Virus record (IMG/VR): IMGVR_UViG_3300034152_001291
Coordinates: 1 to 64,000 of that record
Strand: one strand, 5' to 3'
Source: a virus
Length of the DNA stretch: 64,000 nucleotides
The notes below the pieces were generated by a model, which was not told where the DNA came from, did not search any database, and saw nothing but the letters and a program-made list of their open reading frames with translations. Numbering within the stretch: the stretch's first letter is position 1; each line of letters opens with the position of its first letter. Below are positions 1-7,968 of the stretch, one piece after another. The position numbers were made by a program, and so were the translations under genes.

Positions 1-207
1 CTCGAACTTCGTTGCTCTGTCCCAGGCCGCGTTTTCCTCGCCGGTGAGTTCGCTGGGGAGCGGATTGCCTTCGTCGTCCGTCTCGACCTCCTCGACCCAG
101 ACCGCCTCATCGGGGGCGGGTCGGTCAGGGACGCAATCCAGTACGACGACAGGGCCGCCGACTCTCCTCGAGAAGACGATTTTCCTTTTTCGCAGATCTT
201 TCTCCAT
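1..207 (-). CDS. hypothetical protein, 3' end beyond window (MEKDLRKRKIV...)
   Basis: ATG at 207 downstream of groES; open for 69 codons to the window edge; read by hand. Confidence 0.55.
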   Translation of the reverse strand, partial: MEKDLRKRKIVFSRRVGGPVVVLDCVPDRPAPDEAVWVEEVETDDEGNPLPSELTGEENAAWDRATKFE

Positions 208-221
208 CGGTGTCGTCCTTC

Positions 222-560
222 CTATCGTTCCTCGACGGCCAGGATGTCCTCGTCCCTGAAGACCATGAGAACCTGGCCGTCCACCTCGATCTCCATCCCG
301 TGGTAGGAGGAGTAGTAGACGCGATCGCCCGGCTTGACCGACATAGGGGCGCGGATCTTCGAGGCGGTCGCCCGGTCCACGGGTACCTTGGCGTTGACCG
401 CGTGGGGCGTGAGGAGTTTGCCGGGCCCCACGGCCATGACCTCTCCCTTGCTGGTCTTCTTGCGGGCCGTGTCGGGGATGTGGATGCCGCCTTCGGTCTT
501 CGAGGGGCCCATGAGGGGCTGGACGATGACGTGGTCGTGCGTGGGTTTGGGAACCGTCAT
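222..560 (-). CDS. groES: GroES/Cpn10 co-chaperonin
   Basis: KPTHDHVIV, KTEGGIHIPD, GEVMAVGPG, VKPGDRVYY, EDILAV are Cpn10 motifs; AAAGGAG RBS. Confidence 0.92.
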   Translation of the reverse strand: MTVPKPTHDHVIVQPLMGPSKTEGGIHIPDTARKKTSKGEVMAVGPGKLLTPHAVNAKVPVDRATASKIRAPMSVKPGDRVYYSSYHGMEIEVDGQVLMVFRDEDILAVEER

Positions 561-593
561 TGAGCGCTCCTTTCAAGAACTCGATAGAAATCT

Positions 594-762
594 GAAGCGG
601 TAGGCAGGATTCTAACCTGCAATGGGAGACCCGCGCCGCAAGCTACCCCTGGCAGGCGTCGTGCGGGTCCCTCCTGCTTGCGTCCAGGGCGGCCACCACC
701 TCCGGGCCTATCGTCTCGATCTAAGATGATCGGCCGGGATCTTTAGCCGTCTGCTACCGCTC
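594..762 (-). ncRNA. tRNA-like structured RNA (~170 nt) with acceptor-like stem and T-arm, no canonical anticodon arm
   Basis: 5' GAGCGGUAG pairs with 3' CUACCGCUU, stacked on GCAGG-UUAGAAU-CCUGC; internal stems; fills an intergenic gap. Confidence 0.65.
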
Positions 763-767
763 TTTTC

Positions 768-1043
768 CTACAGGTCGCAACGGATGCTGATCTCGTCGAT
801 CCTGTTTATGAGATCCATGACCCGGAAGTGGAGGCCCACGAGACGCTCCGCCACGGGAGAGGACTCGGGCCCGGCACGCTCCTTTTCGTTTTCGGAGTTT
901 TTCGGCACATCCGGGCCCAGGATCGGCGCCAGCTTTTTCTCGAGGTTGTTGATCTTCTCTTGGAGGTGGGAGAGGTCGTTACACAGATTGCCGAACTGAG
1001 TCTCGATCTTGCCCTGTTGCGTGACTTCCTTTTCTTCGCCCAT
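768..1043 (-). CDS. hypothetical coiled-coil protein
   Basis: ORF track; start moved to MGEEK after a purine-rich RBS. Confidence 0.65.
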   Translation of the reverse strand: MGEEKEVTQQGKIETQFGNLCNDLSHLQEKINNLEKKLAPILGPDVPKNSENEKERAGPESSPVAERLVGLHFRVMDLINRIDEISIRCDL

Positions 1044-1078
1044 CCTTTTTCCTTTCAAACGACGATGCCTTCAGGTCT

Positions 1079-1114
1079 CGATCCTAATCCGCTCCGAGAA
1101 AGATTGCAAGCATG
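1079..1114 (-). promoter_or_regulatory. sigma70-like promoter TTGCAA-N17-TAGGAT
   Basis: Minus strand CATGCTTGCAA-N17-TAGGATCG; near-identical flanks at 19961-19996 (+). Confidence 0.55.
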
Positions 1115-1226
1115 CAAGCCTAAAAACGAGACGGTTGCGCGGCGAGGCCAGTCTCGTGCCTCGGGCTGTTCGGGGAGCCGCCCCTTGTTGATAAGATCTC
1201 GGGAATAACATTCCTCCTTTCGTCCT

Positions 1227-1235
1227 TCTTATGAC
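1227..1235 (-). promoter_or_regulatory. GTCATAAGA motif copy 1 (putative phage promoter)
   Basis: Exact 9-mer, one of 7 same-strand copies. Confidence 0.65.
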
Positions 1236-1236
1236 T

Positions 1237-1263
1237 AAAAAGAGGCCCCTTTTAGGGGGCCTC
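1237..1263 (-). terminator. Rho-independent terminator
   Basis: GAGGCCCC/GGGGCCTC hairpin followed by a U-run on the minus strand. Confidence 0.7.
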
Positions 1264-1281
1264 GGGTGGAGCGCCGGAGAG

Positions 1282-1443
1282 CTACCGACGCTCGCGGAGA
1301 AGGGAAAACTCCTTGATCCAGATCCGGCGCCGCTCTCGCGCCAGTCCCGGGTCGAGACTCCGGAGTTGCTTCAGGCGGTCGGTGATCAGTTGACGGGGAC
1401 GTTCCTTCTGGCGGGGGTACTCCCTGCTGAGGTTCTTCGACAT
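1282..1443 (-). CDS. small basic hypothetical protein (MSKNLSRE...)
   Basis: In frame with track ORF 1282..1665; AAGGAGAAGGA RBS. Confidence 0.5.
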   Translation of the reverse strand: MSKNLSREYPRQKERPRQLITDRLKQLRSLDPGLARERRRIWIKEFSLLRERR

Positions 1444-1475
1444 TCCTTCTCCTTTCCTTTGTCTTCGGGCTTGGT

Positions 1476-1835
1476 TCAGAAGCCCGGGTCCAAGATGATG
1501 TACATGACCCTGGAGATGGGATGGTCCATCTGGTGATCGCGGACGGCATTGTTCGTCAGCCATTCCTGGGCCGCGCGTCTCCAGTCCTCCTCCCCGTCCA
1601 TGATCCTCCTCGGAATCCTCACACCTTTCGTCATCCAATGCTTGTCGGAAAAGATGAAGAGGCACGGGACTTCGACCGTGGGATTGAACTCGTCGGGGAG
1701 ATCGGATCTGTCCTCGGCCTTGATCTCATAGACGCCGTCCGGAAAAGGCGTGATCTCGATCCATCGCCCGGCCTTGATCATCTTGCCCGCCGCGTTCAGA
1801 GCGGCGACCTTCTTGACTTTCGCGGTGATGTACAC
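1476..1835 (-). CDS. hypothetical protein
   Basis: ORF track; GAGGAG RBS; fits gene tiling. Confidence 0.6.
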   Translation of the reverse strand: MYITAKVKKVAALNAAGKMIKAGRWIEITPFPDGVYEIKAEDRSDLPDEFNPTVEVPCLFIFSDKHWMTKGVRIPRRIMDGEEDWRRAAQEWLTNNAVRDHQMDHPISRVMYIILDPGF

Positions 1836-1862
1836 GGCTCGTCATCTCCTCGTAGCATGTCC

Positions 1863-2072
1863 TCATGAAGGGCCTCCCCTGAGCATCGTCAGGATCGGGT
1901 AGGCCAACTTCCCGCACCTGGGGCATTCGGCGGCAGGGACCGTGCATCCGGGCTCTACTCGCAAATCGAGGTGCTTGATCTTGTAGAAGGCGTTCGGATC
2001 GAATTCGAAGATGCGGCGGCAGCTGTCGCAGACGGCCACCTCGTCAATGTTGACCACGACGAGTCTTCCCAT
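1863..2072 (-). CDS. hypothetical zinc-ribbon protein
   Basis: CDSC...CPRC. Confidence 0.55.
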   Translation of the reverse strand: MGRLVVVNIDEVAVCDSCRRIFEFDPNAFYKIKHLDLRVEPGCTVPAAECPRCGKLAYPILTMLRGGPS

Positions 2073-2152
2073 CTTTCGATCCTGGATGCGGAATTGGAAT
2101 GATCTCTGGTCGAAGAGGATTTTCAGGGCCTCGTACAGCGCCCCAGAAGTTC

Positions 2153-2533
2153 TCAGTCTTCATCCGGGGGCTCCCCCATGGATTCGTAGAACTCTCTTTC
2201 CTCCCGGCTGTACAGGTGCTCGTCCTCCAGGTACATGCAGTGGGAGAGGATCAGGCGCCGGGCCACGAAATCGGCCGTGACCGTTCCGGGAGGATCGAAC
2301 TGCTTCGTCAGGTCTTCCAGGATCTTTTCGCAGTCGATCCTCTCACCCTCCTCGAAGGCGTCCCCCAGGAGATTTCGCAGGCGGGTCGTTTCCATGATCT
2401 CCCGCATCTCGTCGGCTCCCGTATCGAAGACGTGCGCCGCGCATTTCGGGCAGAGGTTTTGTTTCCGGCAGGCGATGAGGCCAACCCAGTCCCAGCCTCC
2501 GCAGTCGTCGCACCTTCTCTTCTCGATGCTCAT
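2153..2533 (-). CDS. hypothetical CxxC protein
   Basis: CDDC, CPKC; GGAGG RBS. Confidence 0.6.
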   Translation of the reverse strand: MSIEKRRCDDCGGWDWVGLIACRKQNLCPKCAAHVFDTGADEMREIMETTRLRNLLGDAFEEGERIDCEKILEDLTKQFDPPGTVTADFVARRLILSHCMYLEDEHLYSREEREFYESMGEPPDED

Positions 2534-2641
2534 CGTGATCCTCCACGGTCAGGCTTGCGAGTCCCTTATCCCTCGAGGTCTTCCAGGAGGGCCTCGGCCG
2601 CCTTCTGGGCTTCTTCTTTCGTCATCATGGAGTCTGTCCTT

Positions 2642-3184
2642 TCAAAACCAGGACGCGAAGGTGGGTTCGCGCCCCACGGCGACCGCGGCGATGACCAGGG
2701 CGAGCGCCTGCTTGTAGCTCGCCATGTACCCCGTGTGGTAGCGGCGGCTGGCGATCGTCTTCTTGATCTGCTTGGTGGGGTTGCGGTCGTGGCAGGTGTA
2801 GACGTACTCGCACCAGTCCTGCTCGCCTTTCAGGTGGTGGAGCAGCGTGTGGGCCGCGGCCGAGGGCGTGTAGTACCCCAGGGACTCGGCGATCATGTGA
2901 GCCACGAGCGCCGGCCAGCGGGCCATGACGTACTCGGGCGAGAAGGATTCGATCGAACGGCGCCGGTGCTCTTTGCAGGGGGACTTGAGGATCTCGTGGC
3001 AGTCGGAGTCATTGATGGAGAAGACGCGCCCGCAAGCGGGGCAGTGGAAGGCTCCGCTCGGCTTGGACTCCTCCCACACGTGAGCGTGCAGAATCTCGCG
3101 GCGTTTGGTTCTCAGGATCTCCAGGCTTTCCTCGCTGTCGAACTTGACCTTCGGAAAGCCGTCCGGAACGACTCCCTCTTCCAT
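2642..3184 (-). CDS. hypothetical protein (HMIAESLGYYTP motif)
   Basis: ORF track; start overlaps upstream stop. Confidence 0.65.
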   Translation of the reverse strand: MEEGVVPDGFPKVKFDSEESLEILRTKRREILHAHVWEESKPSGAFHCPACGRVFSINDSDCHEILKSPCKEHRRRSIESFSPEYVMARWPALVAHMIAESLGYYTPSAAAHTLLHHLKGEQDWCEYVYTCHDRNPTKQIKKTIASRRYHTGYMASYKQALALVIAAVAVGREPTFASWF

Positions 3185-3510
3185 CAGTCTTCTTCCTCCT
3201 CTTCTTCCTCCTCGTCCTTCTTGTCGGGATCATAGACCCAGACCCACGCCTGGACGTAGCACCCGTCCTCGCACATGACGAGGCGCGCGTTCTCGTCGAT
3301 CTCCACCTCGCCCTCCGAGTTGTGGATCTCGTCCGCGAGTTCCTGGTAGCGCTTCTTCTTTTCCGGGGGCATGTCGTTCTTTTCGAACACGGCGATGACG
3401 GTTCCGCAATCGCACGCGAGCTGAAGGCGCCCATCCTCGCCCTTGATCACCTTCACCTTGTGGCCGACGCCGTGGTGCTGGTAGAGTTGGTCGACTTGGT
3501 CTTCCTTCAT
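3184..3510 (-). CDS. hypothetical protein, paralog of 9263..9472
   Basis: EID...EDGCYVQAWVWV shared with 9263..9472; acidic tail. Confidence 0.65.
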   Translation of the reverse strand: MKEDQVDQLYQHHGVGHKVKVIKGEDGRLQLACDCGTVIAVFEKNDMPPEKKKRYQELADEIHNSEGEVEIDENARLVMCEDGCYVQAWVWVYDPDKKDEEEEEEEED

Positions 3511-4097
3511 GGTTTCTCTTCCTCCTCGATTTCGACGCCCACGAGGACTTGCTTCTCCACGAGAATCGTCTCGGTTACGACCCGGTGAGTCTTGGCGTAC
3601 TCGATGTAGGCCTTGATAGCCCGCTCGCAAGTGGCGTCGAAGTCCTTGACGAGGTCGTACCGCTCCCGGACGTCATCGAGGCCCCATCCGTCCCTGCGCG
3701 AGAACTTTTCCGCCCCGGTGAAGTCTTCGTCCATATCGGTGCCCTTTCCGGGCATGGAGTAGGGCTGGTCGTCTCTCACCCCTCCCTGGTAGAGGACGAG
3801 GTAGCCGCCGGAGCGTCCGTTCGACCCGATCTGCCACCTGTATCTGTGGCGGGCATCGAACTCGCGCAGGATTTTATGAGGAGCCTCGAAGGCTTCCTCG
3901 AGCTGTAGGCAGTCGTACATCCTGTCGATCAGGGCGGAGCGCTCGTCGGGGGAGAGGTCTTTGGGGATGAACTCGTACAGGTCGCAGATCTTGACCCTGA
4001 AGGCGTAGCTCTTGCTTTGGTTCCAGGAGTTGGCGGTCCAGTACCGGAAGTGGTTCGAAAGGTACTCCATCATCTCTCTGCGAGTCGTCCGCGCCAC
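3507..4097 (-). CDS. hypothetical protein, paralog of 9462..10301
   Basis: EYLSNHFRYWTANSWN, NGRSGGYLVLY; GTG start with AGGAGG RBS. Confidence 0.75.
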   Translation of the reverse strand: MARTTRREMMEYLSNHFRYWTANSWNQSKSYAFRVKICDLYEFIPKDLSPDERSALIDRMYDCLQLEEAFEAPHKILREFDARHRYRWQIGSNGRSGGYLVLYQGGVRDDQPYSMPGKGTDMDEDFTGAEKFSRRDGWGLDDVRERYDLVKDFDATCERAIKAYIEYAKTHRVVTETILVEKQVLVGVEIEEEEKP

Positions 4098-4119
4098 GGG
4101 AACCTCCTAAAAACGGGCC

Positions 4120-4159
4120 AAAAGAAAAGTGCAGGTCCGGCGGTAAAGGACCTGCACTT
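4120..4159 (-). terminator. Rho-independent terminator
   Basis: 12-bp stem AAGTGCAGGTCC/GGACCTGCACTT followed by a U-rich tract on the minus strand. Confidence 0.7.
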
Positions 4160-4160
4160 C

Positions 4161-4169
4161 TCTTATGAC
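4161..4169 (-). promoter_or_regulatory. GTCATAAGA motif copy 2
   Basis: Exact 9-mer upstream of 3507..4097. Confidence 0.65.
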
Positions 4170-4191
4170 AGAAATCGGCCCTCCTCTTGGG

Positions 4192-4380
4192 CTACACGCG
4201 CTCCAGGAGGTAGTGCTCGTTGCAGTCCTTGCACCAGCACTTGTCGGAGTCCTTCTCGGGGCTGGCCTCGAAGTCCAGCTCGTACTTGTCCTTGTCGTCG
4301 ATATCGTTGGCATCGACCCACACGGGGAAGCTGAGTTGGACGTTCGATCCCCCGCAGACGCTGCACACGTACTTCTTCAT
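4192..4380 (-). CDS. small zinc-ribbon protein
   Basis: CSVCGGSNV...WCKDC. Confidence 0.6.
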   Translation of the reverse strand: MKKYVCSVCGGSNVQLSFPVWVDANDIDDKDKYELDFEASPEKDSDKCWCKDCNEHYLLERV

Positions 4381-4622
4381 TTGAACGGCTCCTTCTGGAG
4401 GTCGACGTACCGGGCGCTTCCAGGTCCCGACGTATAGGTAACCTGCGCGGGTTCGACCATCTTGACCTCGCACTCGATGGTGTACTGGGACATGCAGCCA
4501 GGGCACTGGCGGAACTCAGGCTCTTTCTGCTTCTTCCGGTGGACGGCTTCCACGATCTCCCGGCCGCAGCACCAGCACGCGAACTTGAGGACGGGCGTTC
4601 TCGGGTTGTCAGCCTCGCTCAT
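4377..4622 (-). CDS. small zinc-ribbon protein
   Basis: CWCC...CPGC. Confidence 0.55.
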   Translation of the reverse strand: MSEADNPRTPVLKFACWCCGREIVEAVHRKKQKEPEFRQCPGCMSQYTIECEVKMVEPAQVTYTSGPGSARYVDLQKEPFK

Positions 4623-5129
4623 CTATTCCTCCTCTTCCGATCTCTCCGGAGGCCCGGGCACCTGCGTGGCCTTCTTCAGCTCGGGGCTGACCTCTTCATG
4701 GATCTTCACGTTCGCGCAGAACGCAGCGAGAATCTCCAGGTTCGGGAAGATGAGCTGGGCCTCGATTTCGTCCTTGAGGACGCCGAGCTTCAGGCCCTTC
4801 GTGGCGGCCTCGAGCAGCCGGATCCTCTCCACGACGTTGCTCTCGAGCCTCTTCCAGTCGGCCTTGGCCAGGTTGGACAGGCTGCGGTGCGCTCGCTTAT
4901 TCAGGTTCTTGGCCGCGTCGTCGAAGGCCTTCTTGACGTCCTCACCCGAGTAGACGCCTTCCGCCTTGGCGCAGCGCTTGCACCAGGTGAACTTCTCGTT
5001 CTGGACCATGACCTCGGTCGCTTCCTCCAAGGAAACGGTGTCGTGGCAGTTCTCGCAGAACGCCTGGTTGTCGCCGGCCTTTCGAGCTTTTCGGATCTCG
5101 TCTCCGTCCATCAGGATGGTCCAGTCCAC
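4623..5129 (-). CDS. hypothetical protein with CxxC pairs
   Basis: CENC, CKRC; GAGGAGG RBS. Confidence 0.6.
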   Translation of the reverse strand: MDWTILMDGDEIRKARKAGDNQAFCENCHDTVSLEEATEVMVQNEKFTWCKRCAKAEGVYSGEDVKKAFDDAAKNLNKRAHRSLSNLAKADWKRLESNVVERIRLLEAATKGLKLGVLKDEIEAQLIFPNLEILAAFCANVKIHEEVSPELKKATQVPGPPERSEEEE

Positions 5130-5425
5130 GATCCCTCCTCGAAGAAAAGAAGCTGCTTGAAGATGGCTTGTGGCGATACGACGTATAGCCGGTCACGACC
5201 CCAGACGGACCGAAGAGTCTCCTCGTCGTATCCGTTGAGCCAGTACTTGTTCCGCGGATTGCCGGGAGCGCAGCACGTGATGTGGATGTGAGGAGGAGAC
5301 GCCGGCGGCTCGGCCATGTTGATCGTGTCGAGATAGCTGGCCCACGTGCAGCCGCGCGTGATGCTCAGGATCTCGTAGGGTCCGGTGTTGTAGTTGGTCC
5401 TGACGTACATTCCTGGTCGGATCAT
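5111..5425 (-). CDS. hypothetical protein
   Basis: ORF track; tiled with neighbours. Confidence 0.55.
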   Translation of the reverse strand: MIRPGMYVRTNYNTGPYEILSITRGCTWASYLDTINMAEPPASPPHIHITCCAPGNPRNKYWLNGYDEETLRSVWGRDRLYVVSPQAIFKQLLFFEEGSWTGPS

Positions 5426-5895
5426 GACTCCTCCTTGTCGATTCCGAAGTAGTCCAGGACCTCGTCCTTGTCCATCACCTCCATACCAGCCTTCTCAGCG
5501 GCTTCGGTGATGACCTCCTCGGCTGTCTTGCCCTCGGGAACCTCGATGTTGATGATGGCGGGGTTCACGACGCCCTCGCCCTCGTGTCCGTAGCCCACGT
5601 TGTGGGCCAGCCTGAATTCCTCCCCCCGGGAGTGACACTGCACCACCATCTGTGTAGCGGCCCCGGCCATGAAGCCCGTGATGCCTCCGGCCTCGATGTC
5701 GTGGTCGGCCTTGCAGATCAGCCCGTGGGGCGTCTGTAGGTCCGGGTGGTAGCCGTGATGGAGCGGACCGGCGTGCTCCTCCATGTCCAGGAGCTCCATG
5801 ACCCGGCGTGCGATGTCCACACAGCACTTGCTGTACGGGTCCTCGCTGTTGACGCGCACGTACTCGTCCCACTTTTCTTGGTCTGTGATTGGCAT
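5422..5895 (-). CDS. hypothetical protein (GITGFMAG...HSRGEEFR)
   Basis: ORF track; AAGGAGG RBS. Confidence 0.7.
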   Translation of the reverse strand: MPITDQEKWDEYVRVNSEDPYSKCCVDIARRVMELLDMEEHAGPLHHGYHPDLQTPHGLICKADHDIEAGGITGFMAGAATQMVVQCHSRGEEFRLAHNVGYGHEGEGVVNPAIINIEVPEGKTAEEVITEAAEKAGMEVMDKDEVLDYFGIDKEES

Positions 5896-6089
5896 CAGTC
5901 CTCCTTGTCGTAGACGACGATGTCGCCCTCCTGGGCCTTGCCCTCACCCACGAAGCCGAAGCCCACCCAGTTCATTCTCTTGCCCAGAATGTTGAAGCGT
6001 CGCTGGCAGTTGTCGATGTCGTGGGTGATGCAGGCGTGTTTCAGGGCCTGGAATTCGATTCTGTCGATGTTCTCCCAGTCAACTGCCAT
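5895..6089 (-). CDS. hypothetical protein (MAVDWEN...)
   Basis: C-terminal part of track ORF 5895..6389; GGAGAGGAG RBS. Confidence 0.55.
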   Translation of the reverse strand: MAVDWENIDRIEFQALKHACITHDIDNCQRRFNILGKRMNWVGFGFVGEGKAQEGDIVVYDKED

Positions 6090-6546
6090 CGGCATTCTCC
6101 TCTCCGGGTACGAATCGGTGGGAGCAGTTCTCACACACGAAGTGGAACGCGTCGGTCTGCCGACAGCCGCCAGAGTTGCACTGCGGGCAGACGGCGGTGG
6201 GGCGCCTCGAGTCGGCGTGGAAGTACCCCTCCTCGCCAGGAGGTGGGCTGTTGTGCTCCTCTTCGCCGTAAAAGTGGCCCTGGTCGGCCGAGTTCCGGCT
6301 CGCCTTCTCGAACTTGGTGGGCTTGCCCGCCTTCTCCCAGCAGATCTTGTGGAAGACCTGGGGCTCGCCGGCGAGATGGATGTCGGCATCCGCGATGCGG
6401 CCGTAGCCGTCGTAGGCGCCCATCAGCATCTCGCCGTTGGGCTTGAGGGCCACCGCGTCGTGCATCCAGGCGTTCTTGTCCTGGATGTTGAAGTGGCAGA
6501 TCAGCGGGTGGCCGCAGTGGTCGCAGTCCCACGAAAACATACCCAT
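6079..6546 (-). CDS. hypothetical Cys/His-rich protein (MGMFSWDC...YDGYG)
   Basis: ORF track; directly downstream of motif copy 3. Confidence 0.7.
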   Translation of the reverse strand: MGMFSWDCDHCGHPLICHFNIQDKNAWMHDAVALKPNGEMLMGAYDGYGRIADADIHLAGEPQVFHKICWEKAGKPTKFEKASRNSADQGHFYGEEEHNSPPPGEEGYFHADSRRPTAVCPQCNSGGCRQTDAFHFVCENCSHRFVPGEENADGS

Positions 6547-6560
6547 AGTTCACACACCTT

Positions 6561-6569
6561 TCTTATGAC
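6561..6569 (-). promoter_or_regulatory. GTCATAAGA motif copy 3
   Basis: Exact 9-mer 14 nt upstream of ATG 6546. Confidence 0.65.
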
Positions 6570-7246
6570 TGATCGTCGTCGGTTTCTGCGTCGGCGAAGA
6601 GGGCCCACAGAGAGGAGATGGGGCCCGACTCCGCCTCCTTGAAGTGCGGGTAGACGTCCACGGAGACACCCTCGTCGGTTCGGACCACGTACACGCTCAG
6701 ATTTCCCACAGTGATCCAGCAGGAGTTGTGGTCTTCCTTGAGGATGTAGTCGGCTCCGTCGCCGGCAGCCAGGTCAAGGATGAGGGCGCCTTTCTCGGCC
6801 GCTTCCTCGTAGACCTCTCGCCGGCAGCGTTCGACCTCGGCTCTGTCGTGGTCGGAAAGCTCGTTGTCGGCTTCAGCGTTGCGGAGCACCCCGTCCTTGA
6901 TGTTCTGCCACGCCGTGCTGGCTCGGCCGAAGAGGGTCATGATCTTTTCGCGGGGGAGGTCCATGGACTCCTCGATGGCCTGCCACTCGGCCTCCTTGAG
7001 CAGTTGCGGGACGCCGACGGCCGCGAGCTCGTCGAGGAGCCTCGGAAACTGAACGGCGTCGAGATTCCATCTCGATGGGACCTCTTCAGGCGTGTTCAGA
7101 GACCTCCGGACGCCCATCTCTCGATCCCACTGGTCCTTCATCCAGACCGTTCCGCACTCTCCTCGACAGTGAACTTCGTCCTCCTCGAGGCCGACGGTTC
7201 CGCTCCCGCACACGGGGCACTCCACTTCGTCGAACTTATCGGTCAT
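6563..7246 (-). CDS. hypothetical protein
   Basis: ORF track; N-terminal zinc ribbon; GGAGG RBS. Confidence 0.7.
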   Translation of the reverse strand: MTDKFDEVECPVCGSGTVGLEEDEVHCRGECGTVWMKDQWDREMGVRRSLNTPEEVPSRWNLDAVQFPRLLDELAAVGVPQLLKEAEWQAIEESMDLPREKIMTLFGRASTAWQNIKDGVLRNAEADNELSDHDRAEVERCRREVYEEAAEKGALILDLAAGDGADYILKEDHNSCWITVGNLSVYVVRTDEGVSVDVYPHFKEAESGPISSLWALFADAETDDDQS

Positions 7247-7452
7247 AGAGACTCCCTCCAGTTGACGACGAGAAGTTTCTCGTCACCGCGGTTGTTGAAG
7301 TAGTCGAATCGCCTGAGATCGATCCCGAGTCGTCCGAGTTTTCGGACAAGCCCGATCTCCGTGGCCTGCGGCTGGACGAGACACTCCCCGCTCAGCCGAT
7401 GAGCGGAGTGCTCCCCGGGTCGATGGACGGTGTAAAATGCCGTCGCCGCCAT
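7243..7452 (-). CDS. hypothetical protein
   Basis: MAATAFY start with GGAGG RBS; tiled. Confidence 0.5.
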   Translation of the reverse strand: MAATAFYTVHRPGEHSAHRLSGECLVQPQATEIGLVRKLGRLGIDLRRFDYFNNRGDEKLLVVNWRESL

Positions 7453-7691
7453 CAGAACACCTCCATGATCGAGTCGGACGTGCCGAAGATGACGATCGTC
7501 CCACTCCCGCCGTCGTTGAAGGAGAAGCATTCCCTGAGCTCCTCCTCGTGCTCCTTGAACCAACCCCGATACTTGGGGGAGATGACGAGGCCGCTCAAGA
7601 TCGTGCCCCGCACGTCGCTGGCCGTCCTGATGGCCAGCAAGGTCCCGTCGGCTTGAAGGCCAACGGCTCGAATCTCATTCGGGTACAGCAC
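7452..7691 (-). CDS. hypothetical protein
   Basis: ORF track; GGAGGAGG RBS. Confidence 0.55.
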   Translation of the reverse strand: MLYPNEIRAVGLQADGTLLAIRTASDVRGTILSGLVISPKYRGWFKEHEEELRECFSFNDGGSGTIVIFGTSDSIMEVF

Positions 7692-7968
7692 CGTCCTCCT
7701 CCTTCGGGGTCATGTCCTTGAGCCACCGCTCGAGCTCGCTGATGTGCGAGAACTCGAAGAGAGGGCTCTCCTTGGAAAAGATGGCACGAAGGAGGCGCTC
7801 GTCCTTTCCAGCGCCCTCCTTGTGCTCGCTCCAGTCGGCATCCACCAAGCCGCTGCCGTCAGCGAAGATCTTCAGGTGGATTTGCTGGATCCTCATGTTG
7901 TCCTTCACGCCCTGCACCATCCGCTTCTCGAGGATGTCGAGGCGCGACAGAATCTCGTTGAAGTCCAT
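7675..7968 (-). CDS. hypothetical protein, paralog of 11577..11849
   Basis: EKRM.GV.DN..IQ...FADGSG...ADWS...ERLL.AIF...LERWL shared. Confidence 0.7.
   Translation of the reverse strand: MDFNEILSRLDILEKRMVQGVKDNMRIQQIHLKIFADGSGLVDADWSEHKEGAGKDERLLRAIFSKESPLFEFSHISELERWLKDMTPKEEDGAVPE

Noticed and set aside
594-762. Canonical tRNA, suppressor tRNA or tmRNA
   Set aside because: No D-arm or 7-nt anticodon loop at canonical spacing; too short for tmRNA and no tag ORF seen; kept as tRNA-like ncRNA
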